A DNA stretch of 64,000 nucleotides from Trichoplax adhaerens (taxonomy: Eukaryota; Animalia; Placozoa). A model generated the notes under the pieces. The model saw only the letters and a program-made list of their open reading frames with translations, did not search any database and was not told where the DNA came from. Where the stretch lies: the NCBI RefSeq assembly GCF_000150275.1, contig NW_002060954.1, positions 496,001 to 560,000 of the forward strand. The letters are read 5' to 3'. Position numbers and translations under genes: made by a program. Below are positions 53,701 through 64,000 of the stretch, piece after piece; position 1 is the stretch's first letter; each line of letters begins with the position of its first letter.

Positions 53701-55545
53701 GCTCAGCAGTCAAATGATTTGTTAAATGAGCGACTTTCCATGCAAGAGGCGAAACTGAAACATATAAGCATCGACAAAACTAAGTTAGAGGAAGAATTAA
53801 GTCAAATTTTGGAGCAATTGCGTAATAAAGGCATCGCTCTGCTAGAATCTCAGCAAGTTGTTAGTGAACTGTCTCAGCAAATAGACCATCTAAAAACGCA
53901 GTATACCGATCTCGAAAATCATAGTAAGTTAGAAGAGAACTCGGCAGTTGAAGAATTATCTCGCAAAGTTACCAGTTTACAATTACGATTAAAAGAAGTC
54001 GAAGGCAAAAATGAAGTTTTAACTGAATCGCTAAATGCAAAGAACGCCCAGCTCCATGATGTTGGAAACAAACTATTGGATAAGGAAGAAGTCATTAACG
54101 GATTCAAAGATCATGTAAACGAACTGAATTTGAAGCTTGTTGAAGCAGAAGAGGGAAGAAAAACGTTGCTGACACAGTCTTCGCAGTTGCGAGATTCATT
54201 GCAAGATATAACGAAAGAGAAGGAGTTAGCAGCTGCGAAGTATGCTGAACTAGTTAGTTCCTCAACTTTAACAGCAAGTGAACGTGACTTATACGTACAA
54301 GCGTTAGATAAAGTGAACACATTGACGAATGAGAAGGTGGTAGCTGAACAAATGTACTCAGATTCATTAAATGAACGAGACAAAACAATTGCCGAACGCG
54401 ATTACATGCTAATGCAGAAAGACAATGTAATTAGAGAAAATATGGCAGCTTTAGTTGATGCGAATGCTGCTAAAAATCGATTGGAAGTTGAATTGAAAGA
54501 TAATGAATCGTTAAAAGAGGAAATAGATACTCTTAGAAGTCTTTTGCAACAGTCTGAGGAAGATATGATTGCAATGAAAAAGCGAAATAATGAATTGAGA
54601 AATGAATTAGAGACGGCTGATAATCGATGTATGGAAATGGACATAAAGAAGACGTCAATATGCGAACAAAAAATTGCTTTGCAAGAAAGAGTTGAAATAA
54701 CGGATAGAAAATGCGCTGACTTGGAAAAGTCCTTGAAGGAGGCCAGTAAACAATTACAAGATTCTCATTCGCAAATTGAAACGTTGCAAGAAAAGAATGA
54801 GATATCTATACAGAAATTGAAAATGATGGATATTAACATTAACTCCTTGAAAGAGCTAGAAAATAAGGTACACGAACAAGATACAGTAATTGAAGAACTA
54901 ACTGCAACACTGCAGTCATATAAAGAAGAAACTACTGTTTTAAAAACGAAAAACGATGATATTTTGCAAGAGCTATCAAATTTCAGTGCCTGTAAAGAAG
55001 AAAATAAAACCCTATTGTCTCAAATAGAGACTTTAAATCAGAAAATTTCTAAACAGTCAATTTCAGTTGAAAAAAAATCATCGAATGAACATGATATTGC
55101 TATTGAATCATTACAGGATGAATTAGAAGATGTAAGAGAAGAAAAGGAGAGTTTGGAAAAGCAAGTAAACTTTCTAAATGATGTTATTGTGGATATGCAA
55201 AAAAAAATAGTGGACGCCTCAGACAGTATTCAAAAATTGGAAAAGAAATTAGTGGAAAAAGAAGCAAGCCATGACATAACTAAAAATAAATCTCCGCTTG
55301 GCTCACCAAATTTCAGCAAGAAAGGGAGGCCTTCGGAACGCCCATACTGCAGCTTTTGCGAAGTATTCGACGCTCACAGCAGCGACAATTGTCCGAAGCT
55401 AGATAGTAGTTCGCTCTCTAGTTCGCCGCGTAGATATAACCGATTTAGTAGGTTTAGTAGTTCAAGTAATGATTTTCTTTTCTGTGATATTTGCGGTCAA
55501 TCTGGACACAGCGCTGAAAACTGTGACGATGATACCATATTCTAG
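47798..55545 (+). CDS. CLIP1: CAP-Gly domain-containing linker protein (CLIP-170/CLIP-190 family), about 2363 aa
   Basis: Three exons: 47798-48906, 49406-50305, 50463-55545. Basic Ser/Pro N-terminus with SGLKAP; two CAP-Gly domains ([13 protein letters not shown]; [17 protein letters not shown]); about 1600 aa coiled coil; two zinc knuckles ([19 protein letters not shown]; [15 protein letters not shown]); acidic-aromatic end DDDTIF. Confidence 0.95.
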
Positions 55546-58091
55546 TACCGTATTGATTAGTATCCAAATGAAATTGTAAATTAGTGTGATGTATTATTAT
55601 AACTAATATTTAATTTCTTAGGATTATTATCTTAATTAATAGCTATAATCTGTTTATATGTTGCTTAAAACTATTGAAACAGTATTCGCTTTTTAGATCA
55701 TTTATGTTCAATATTATTTAAAATGCTGCAAAGATCTGAGATATAAATTGATTTAAAATAGGATAATAGACTCTACTAGTGCATCGTAAACATATTTTGC
55801 AAAAATGCTATACTGTATCGCCGAACCGTTTTATAGAATATTGATCAATAAGCCCTCTAAATTATTATTGTCTTCAGTTTTTGATGTATTTTTGGTTAGC
55901 GAAATGCTACGAAAAATGTTATTGTATTCATTATTATAAAACCTGACGGAATCATAAATTTTCTAACTGCATAATTTCTGATAGTAAATATTCCTTATTA
56001 AATTTGTGCTACGATTCACATTGGCGTGGATATAACATAATTTTTGATCATGATCTGAAATTTAGTTCTTTTGGTTGCAAGTTAGTATGTAGTATTTGCG
56101 TAAACTTTATCTTTCTACTAATAATCTTTTATATGCCTGTATTAATTGCTAAACAGATTAATGTTTATATGATTGTGTATAGACATATATGCTATACTGT
56201 ATATGTATCTTATATTATCTATATATATTTATATATATGTACGAGTAGATGTGACTATTTTAAAATATACCTTCTCCAAAATCACAACTGTACGTGTTGT
56301 ACCCACAGTATACAAACCGTTGAAAGGTACAGCACTGATAATTATATAATCTGTGTAAGCTAGGACTAGAAGCGATCTAGAAATATAAATATCCAATATT
56401 TATGATGTAAAAAGTTTTAATACAATTTTAGAATTACCTCATACATCTATAGTTCGTTCATTTTATTCTGTTCCGTATGACATTGTTAAAACAGCGTTCT
56501 TACCGCAAATAATACATTACAGTGCTATTATTGTTATTAATACTAGTTCACTGTTAAATCTCATTTTAATTTTATGAAAAGCCTAAAATTGATATGATTT
56601 ATAGTACTTCTTGTATCTTTGCGTAATAATTTTCGTATTGCCATTTCTTGTAAGTGAATTTCCTACCTACTGTATTACGTACAAAATTGCATAATGGTTC
56701 AATAAAATTGAAATTAGAAAAAAGTTCTTTACGGTTGTTGGGTACTTGCCCTGATATCCAAAGCTTATACCTTCTCAAATCAGTATTGTGAGCGTTGACA
56801 TCTTTCTTAGAAATAGTAATAACCCGGTGCTCATGGTCTACGCTCTGACGATTGATTGTACTGATCATTTGCTTAAGAATTGTTGCCACAATAGCGCTTA
56901 ATTCAATTCTACATTCACGGTAATTACTCGCACATCTTATAAAATTATATCAATTTTATGTATTTATATTTTCTATCGCAATATAGCGCATAAAAATACC
57001 ACGAATTTGATATCGATTGCATGCTATACAGTATACGGTATACAGCGGTTAACTCTTAAAAATATGACAAAAGTTTTCTCTTACACGCATAAGAAATCAA
57101 ATACGGAATACTTTCCGCTTATTTTATGATGCTGATGTGATACGCACATGAATACTATTTAACATACTGTGCATATAGGTTACAGTAGTTGCTTTACAGT
57201 ATCTCATTTACGAGGATGGTTGTGACAATATAATCAATTAGAAGCCCTAGTAAATCCGTCATGGATTAGGAATGGATGTGGTATATCTTTATACTTTAGT
57301 AATCATTTCTGGCTCAGGAAATAGTATTTCGCACCACCAGATACTGTATTAAGTTTAAGGAAGTTAATAATCGTCTTAGATAATAAACAAATTACAGTTA
57401 TAGCTTTTAGTGATTGATCCTAATATCATTCGCGTGTAACCAAGAGTGACTTACAATCAATTTACACCTGTACGAACAGTATTCTTTCTAGATTTAATCC
57501 TTCAAGCATATGCCGATTAATTATGTTATCATAAACTTAATTGGCAAAGCTATCGCGCTTTACCGAATTTTAAAACATGACTTGCTTATAACCAAGAGCA
57601 GTCTCAAATAGGAGATAAACCATTGCGCTTATATTAAGGTAAAGAAGGACATATTTTAAATTTTTTTATAACTACAGGAAATAGCTATTTACATTTCATC
57701 ATTACTATATCGTGTAAAACAATTTAGTGAAATATTCGCAAACAAAACAAACCCAAAGGTAGTAAACTTGGTCAGAATAGTATATGCTGAAGTAAGGAAA
57801 TCTTGTTAATTTATTTCATATTATACAACTTAAACTATTACATAAAAAGATAGACCTACAAATTGGCCGATTAAATTAGGTTTTTGAAATATACTCGTAT
57901 GCAGTAGGTATTCCGATAGAAATGGAAATGGTATATCGCTCTTTTGGCAGATATTTTGTTCTGCAATGATAGTTTGTAAATTAGCAGTCATCCTTCTATT
58001 AATCTATGATACAGGATCAGTCCAGAATGAGCACAAATCGATGCATTATTTACCTTTATTAGTAATAAATAACGTAGTATATCGTTAATAT

Positions 58092-58932
58092 CTAATCATT
58101 ATCCTTCTTTTCTCTCACAGCAGCCTAAGAAATCATGCGAGTTATAAGATAGGCATTAGTAACAAAAGCGAAGCTTGAATATCAAAATAAGATATTGCAT
58201 GTATAACTCTAAAAGCTGTATCCAATGATTAAATCCTGTATCATTCTATTTAGGGCTTAATTGCCATATTAACCTTAAATCGGTCATCTAGAACGTTCAA
58301 TTCGGATATTAGGTCAGTAAGAGCATTCGAGAATGCCTCTTCAGGCGAATAATTTGAGGTGGTTTGCACTCGTATTACTACATCGTACTCCAATGGGTGA
58401 GGCACTTTATAACCAGCGAAGATAACTTGTGGATCTTTAAGTAATTGCCTAAGTTGTATTACATAGAAAGCCATTTAAGTGATTGACACTATGACCAAGT
58501 AACTTCATTTCGGTTCACTATTTTACACTATTTGCTAGCTATTAATTGGATTAGCAGAATATCACAGACCACGCTACGACAAAAGTACAGAGTAAATTGT
58601 TTCGACTTACGCTCTAATAATATTGCCTAAAGTATGATCTTCTTTAGCAATCGTGAAATGGCAGGCATTCGGAACTTTGGTATCCTTAGTAATTGTAATT
58701 CTAAAAAGATTTGATAAGCAATTGGTTAATAATAATTACTTATTCTATGTTTTAAGAAATTCGGCCCTCTGTGTTGTACTATAATTTGATGTTAAACGAG
58801 AACTGCGTGGTAAATTAATCACTGTAGAAAGATCATATAAAGAGTATATGTATAAGTAACTTCAGGTAAAAATTATTACTTCTTCTCATCAGGTAGTAAA
58901 AGGAAATGTTCGAAAGGTGCCGGGGCATTCAT
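58092..58932 (-). CDS. POLR2J: RNA polymerase II subunit RPB11
   Basis: [18 protein letters not shown] / [30 protein letters not shown] / [40 protein letters not shown] / [10 protein letters not shown]. Confidence 0.98.
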
Positions 58933-59099
58933 TTCTACTTAATCAGGCTATTTAGATCTTTTCCTTCCTTTCGGTAACTCTAAAATGCCCGGAATTCTCA
59001 GAAGCCTGAACGAACTTTCGAAATATCCGATTGCGAGTGGATCGACGCTTTCTACAGTACATGCACTCTCAAACCGTAAATCACGAAGAGACTGCATTC

Positions 59100-59268
59100 T
59101 CACTGTACTGTACTGTACTGTACTGTACAGTACAGTATTATGCTATACTGTACAGTACAGTACTGAAGACCATTCTGTAGTGCATAGACGCACGATATCA
59201 TGCAGCACTGTACTGTACACTCTACGTACTTTATTGTAAATACTATACAGTACTGTACAGTACAGTAT
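59100..59268. repeat. (GTACW)n cluster in the POLR2J/EMG1 bidirectional promoter
   Basis: cactgtactgtactgtactgtactgtacagtacagta. Confidence 0.93.
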
Positions 59269-59948
59269 TTCAATAGGATTGTATAGAGCACTGCTGCTGA
59301 TCAGTGTTAAAGTGTTAAGCTGGTAGTAGCAAGTAAACTCGAATCAGCGACCAACAGCAAGCAACGCTGCAGCTCTAAAGAATTGCAAAGCAGTCTCCAA
59401 ATACTGGTCATTCCGAATTCTAGATACCTCTTTATATTCATTTTAATATCTTACCAGGCTTCAAATTGTGATGTATTAATATTAAACGTATTATAAATCC
59501 AAAATTTCCAGCATTCAAAAGCGAAACCTTCTAATCAATCAATCGAGGAAGAAACGAGAGGTACTGTAGCTAGCTATTCACATAAATAAACTGTGGCGTG
59601 GAGTCCTACTAGATGATGTACTGTATTAGTAGTCTATATTAACAGTACTGTAGTGTCCGTAATCTACGCGTGTACATTAATTAAATAATGTATACGGATA
59701 TTGTAGGCGCATGAAATATATCCGAATATACGTCTATGTTAGTAACATATGCACGTAATATTGATTGATTATAATTACCTGCAATATATACTCGTATATA
59801 CAGTATATCTGTTATTACAATATCAGACTATCAGTATCCCAAATCCTGGTGCACTTCAATGCTAGATTTCTTTTCTTGCAAACCCGAATCATTAATTTAA
59901 AATTTTTTGAATATCCTTGCAGTGAAAATAAGTGATTATAAATAGATA

Positions 59949-61912
59949 ATGTCATCCACACGGAGTCGAGACAATGATGATGATGAACAAGAACCTCATC
60001 GTAAAATTCCACGTACTTTGCAACAGCGTGATTCGGATCGACGCTTAATTGTAATTCTAGAAAATGCATCTCTAGAAAGTGTCAAGGTAATAAGATATAC
60101 ATGTACTAGCACTTGCACTACCGCCGCCGCTCCTTTTTAATTGGGAGACAATTTAGCAAATTCGATACTTGCACGGACTTTAATTTTACTTATCAATAGT
60201 AATTGTCGATAGTCCATATACTGTACGTTTATGTGAAAAGCTGTAACTTACTATACTGATTATACTCGTACGTATATATCTACTGTAGGTTAAAAATAAT
60301 TTCGAATTGTTAACTGCTGATCGGCATGCTAATATTTTACGAAAAAGCAAGAGAGATCCTGCCCTATATAGACCCGATATAGCCCATCAGGTAAATAATG
60401 ATAGTGTTATACAAATAATTTTTAAATTGCTATGCGTATTATATCGTATTGTAAGGCTGTTAGTTAAGGCTTATTGATATAAATTATTATAATTGTTATA
60501 TTGAGCTCCACCTTACTAGAATCTGAGATACGAAACTTATTCGCATGTGCTATAGTCTTATATAGCGCTCAGAACTGGACTTCATAATCTGTATTATCAA
60601 ATATTACATAAGTACAATCTTATTTTCTCATACGTTACTACACTATATTCCTCATGCTATCAATATCTGATATACAAACTGGCTCAGATTTACCGCACAT
60701 CTGTTGAAAGTTTATAATTAATTGTTGTCATTATTACGTAAAGGCTTATGCTACCATAATTAATCTCATTTTTGCATAAGTTTTTGTCATGATGGATAGT
60801 AATCCTTATTTGGACATATTTATATTAGCATTTTTTTTTAAAATAAATAACTTTTTTGTGCAATGGTATGATATTACTAACCCAAATCACATAATTACTT
60901 CTGGTTTCAGTGCTTGTTGATGTTACTAGACAGCCCTCTTAACCGCGCTGGAAACTTACAAGTTTACATTCATACCCAACGCAATGTCCTCATTGAAGTC
61001 AATCCACAAACTCGTATTCCAAGAACTTTTGATAGATTCTGCGGTTTAATGGGCAAGCCTACTAAATAATTACGTTTATACGTGTAAAATTCTTCATCCT
61101 TTATCCTTTAAGATTAAGAGCCAGTTTTCAATATAATTCTGTATGTGCTTGAATCGGTGAGTCTTTGCTACTGCTAACTATACATTCATTCTCTTTTTTA
61201 CTTAGTTCAATTACTGCATAAATTCAGTATTCATTCAGCAGAAGGATCCAAGAAATTACTAAAGGTTGTTTTTAGTAGTGGTAGTAATGAAAATTTTGCT
61301 GTTATTATCATGGTACTTGGCTAATACAGCGATAAATTTAATTATACCATAATTACATTTGAAGGTTATCAAAAACCCTATTACTGATCATTTGCCTACT
61401 GGATGTCGAAAAATTGGTATCGTACATTGATGTAGTTGATCTACTATAGTAAATTTATTTAAAGAGATCTCAAAATTTTGAGCCATTATAGATTAAGATT
61501 CCTTTAACTTGAAGCTATAAAGTGTATTGCAGTATTTTACTGTATTCTTTTGGTAGGAACTTCTTTTAGCTGCGATAACCTTACTAAAGTTAATAAATTA
61601 GTGCCCCAAGATCAGCCCATAGTTTTCGTCATCGGTGCTATGGCTCATGGCAAAGTGAGTATATCTGAATTAAATTTCAGTTACAAGTATATTGCCGGTA
61701 TGAGTTATATGCATTATTCTCATCCGGAGGAAAATAGTTAGCAATTGTAACTACAGTATGAAAAGTTGCACGTTGTATCTATTATTTTACCACTGTAGGT
61801 TGAAGTTGATTACACAGAAGAAGAAATTGCTATCTCTGAATATCCTCTTTCCGGGGCATTAACCTGCGCTAAAGTCTGCAACGCCTTCGAAGATGAATGG
61901 GGAATACTTTAG
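59949..61912 (+). CDS. EMG1: Ribosomal RNA small subunit methyltransferase NEP1/EMG1
   Basis: [16 protein letters not shown] / [16 protein letters not shown] / [44 protein letters not shown] / [13 protein letters not shown] / [11 protein letters not shown] / ..[11 protein letters not shown] / ..[26 protein letters not shown]. Confidence 0.98.
61053..61205 (+). other. GC-AG intron in EMG1
   Basis: Conserved FCGLM-V-QLL requires ATG G|GCAAGC...TTAG|TT CAA. Confidence 0.88.
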
Positions 61913-62488
61913 CACTACATTGATGAAGTCTGTTATCACTTTAGAGATATATATGTTTTAAATTCTATAATTAAACGTTAAAAAGCTCACTTAATTTAGT
62001 ATAATTACATAGCGTACTGTGCTCAGGATGGGAAAGTTACTAGTAATACTCATGGGTTATATAATTTAGCGATGTAAATCAGCTTTTTATAATATAAATC
62101 CGCGACATTCCGTTCACAGAACTATTCAAGCCTAGAATGAGATGCTTTGTACACTGCTTTCCAAAGCAATCTTTATACATGACGTAGTTTTTAATGTCAA
62201 CTCGATTGTTAAGATCATATAGATGTTTTGCTAATGTTTATGCCACAGCATTAATGTAATTGCTAATACTATTACTGTAGTCTATAAATCTACTATTTGA
62301 GCAACGATTGGTATTTAAAACCTAAACGTGACATGGCAATTTCATCTTACTAATAAAATCAATTTTATTTTATATTATTTTACACTACTAAAGCTTCCGT
62401 ACCGTGCATACCTGTATGTATCCGTCTAACGCAAAGTGTACGGTGTACACCTATGCGCATATACTCGTGGACTGCCATAAATATGAAC

Positions 62489-62527
62489 CAGGGACTTCTA
62501 AGATGAATTTTCTCTTAGAAGTGCCTG
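62489..62527. mobile_element. 39-bp palindrome CAGGGACTTCTAAGA...TCTTAGAAGTGCCTG with degenerate 8-bp flanking duplication
   Basis: Flanks ATATGAAC / TTATGAAT (6/8); arms match 14/15. Confidence 0.6.
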
Positions 62528-62643
62528 TTATGAATTATGCAGTATAAAGTACGACGTATGTGAGCGAACGAAAGCTATTAATCCCTGTGAAGGCTTACTA
62601 CTCAGCTCTAAACAGTAAGCACCAATATTGCACAATGTACAGT

Positions 62644-62681
62644 CATGGACTATTAAAGTTATGGTATTTTAGAAGTCCATG
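62644..62681. mobile_element. 38-bp CATG-family micro-element
   Basis: GTACAGT-[CATGGACTattaaa...tttagaAGTCCATG]-GTGCAGT (6/7). Confidence 0.6.
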
Positions 62682-63500
62682 GTGCAGTAGGTTTGAAGCT
62701 CTTACAAAATCGTGTACTTAGTACGTGCCGAAATTTTAAGGCGATAAATTTATGAAACTAATGATACGAGCATCAATGCTACGATTATAATAATTAATTT
62801 AATACTGTACGCCAACTAAGCCGACATATTTACGTATCTCGCTAAATAAATGCTTGCAAAGTACATATAATTATATACGTATATAAGGTTGCATGACCAT
62901 TTAATTACACAGTAATTGCAATTATAATTATCCAAGTAATCAAATTCTGCACCGTGCACACCGGAGCACTGACTGCACATAGTAACTTAGAAATATTATT
63001 AATTATTCAAACCAAGTTAATCGTTATAATAGCTACTATACTTATATTTTTATCATCGATTTTTCTCTTATATATATATATTATTATGCCCGTACTGTAT
63101 TTTTGTATCGCTTCATTCTACTTTGCGTACGCGTATAGTAATTACAGGATTTGCTATTTATGACTTTGAGTCGTTATGAATAAGAAAGTTAGTTGGAGCA
63201 ATTTCAAAGAGTATTTATGCGAGTAGAGCTGGCATATTTATGTTCCTAACATTTGATGTATTATTACAGAAAATACACAGATCTAAGATACTACGCGTAT
63301 AGTGTAGATTACAGTATACAAAGTCCATTGTGAATTTCGTTATATGTTAATAACACCACGATAGCTGTATGCAGGACGAGACCCTCGTAGTGATAGAGTC
63401 ATAACGCCAGACGTTGGAAAATTACAGGAAAAATAGTCCTGTAAGTCTACCTGCGTGTCTATCCTATGTATTTATAGCTCTTTTATCTTCAGTTTCAAGG

Positions 63501-63761
63501 TTAATGAGTCTTAAATTTCCATGACTGGCGGCACATTGGACAAGTCTGATCTTGATAATTCTGTGATTGCAACCATTTCAAAATACAATGTACATGAAAA
63601 CAATGCGAACATTCACCCCATACTATTGTACAATCATCACCAGGTAGTTTACACTCCGGGCAGCAAGAATCGAAGGGCATTCTACAGATACCACAATTGT
63701 CATCATTCACTTGCCATTTCCAACTTGCTACACCTATCCATTTCTGTATAGTTACTTTCAT
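63501..63761 (-). CDS. ANAPC11: Anaphase-promoting complex subunit 11 (RING-H2), intronless CDS
   Basis: MKVTIQKWIGVASWKW..DDNCGICRMPFDSCCPECKLPGDDCTIVWGECSHCFHVHCILKWL..CPMCRQSWKFK. Confidence 0.98.
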   Translation of the reverse strand: MKVTIQKWIGVASWKWQVNDDNCGICRMPFDSCCPECKLPGDDCTIVWGECSHCFHVHCILKWLQSQNYQDQTCPMCRQSWKFKTH

Positions 63762-63810
63762 GATAATTTTGACTTTAGGTTCACTACCGAGTAAAACGTT
63801 CGCCAGATAT

Positions 63811-63985
63811 TGTACTATATCTTGATCTTTTAACCGTGGCTGTACAGTAAGTACGGTTCTGTGCTGAACTGCCTAGTGTACAGTATCATGGACTACTTAC
63901 TACAGTACTGTACAGCGTGGACTGCACCGGAGATGTCGTGCACCCAGAGGTCTTCATGGTCTAGTCCGAACCCTGTGTACAGTAT
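63811..63985. repeat. Start of (GTACW)n-rich region upstream of ANAPC11
   Basis: ctgtacagta, gtgtacagta, tacagtactgtacag; the window ends here. Confidence 0.6.
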
Positions 63986-64000
63986 AGCGCGTTTAACCGC

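Noticed and set aside
47839-54644. Antisense and alternate-frame ORFs overlapping CLIP1 (and 8790-9570 over the FAM216-like gene)
   Set aside because: Shadows of long Glu/Lys-rich coding exons (poly S/F/L translations).
56004-56889. ORFs of 119 aa (+) and 96 aa (-) between CLIP1 and POLR2J
   Set aside because: No ATG start, no recognisable motif and no consistent splice partners; probably 3'UTR or intergenic.
58985-59025. STAT-like TTCTCAGAA and partial heat-shock element near POLR2J
   Set aside because: Short motifs expected by chance; only two HSE units.
60391-60910. Intronic snoRNA in the long EMG1 intron 2
   Set aside because: No convincing paired C/D or H/ACA boxes with terminal stems by eye; needs an Infernal or snoscan search.
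1-64000. tRNA, rRNA or transposase genes
   Set aside because: No cloverleaf, rRNA-like GC-rich segment or transposase/RT motif seen.

Overview
Eukaryotic (animal) genomic DNA: AT-rich, gene-dense, with many short spliceosomal introns. The style suggests an early-branching metazoan, most likely a placozoan such as Trichoplax (inference). Thirteen protein-coding genes can be reconstructed by hand: TAOK(-, truncated), FAM216-like(+), VPS29(-), MTMR3/4(+), TMX2(-), DERL2(+), GLE1(-), ZCCHC8(-), RNF10(+), CLIP1/CLIP-170(+), POLR2J(-), EMG1(+), ANAPC11(-). Most lie in head-to-head pairs. The non-coding DNA holds the most unusual signals. (1) A strand-symmetric (GTACW)n pentamer repeat forms dense clusters upstream of essentially every gene and is absent as clusters from all five tail-to-tail gaps, so it is a candidate promoter-marking system analogous to CpG islands. 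(2) A family of 36-40 bp palindromes with CATGGACT...AGTCCATG-type ends and 7-8 bp flanking duplications looks like P/Galileo-superfamily excision footprints. (3) DERL2 carries two consecutive minor-spliceosome (U12) introns, one apparently GT-GG. (4) Gene neighbourhoods match those of human 12q24. Gene identities come from recognising translated motifs, not from database searches.
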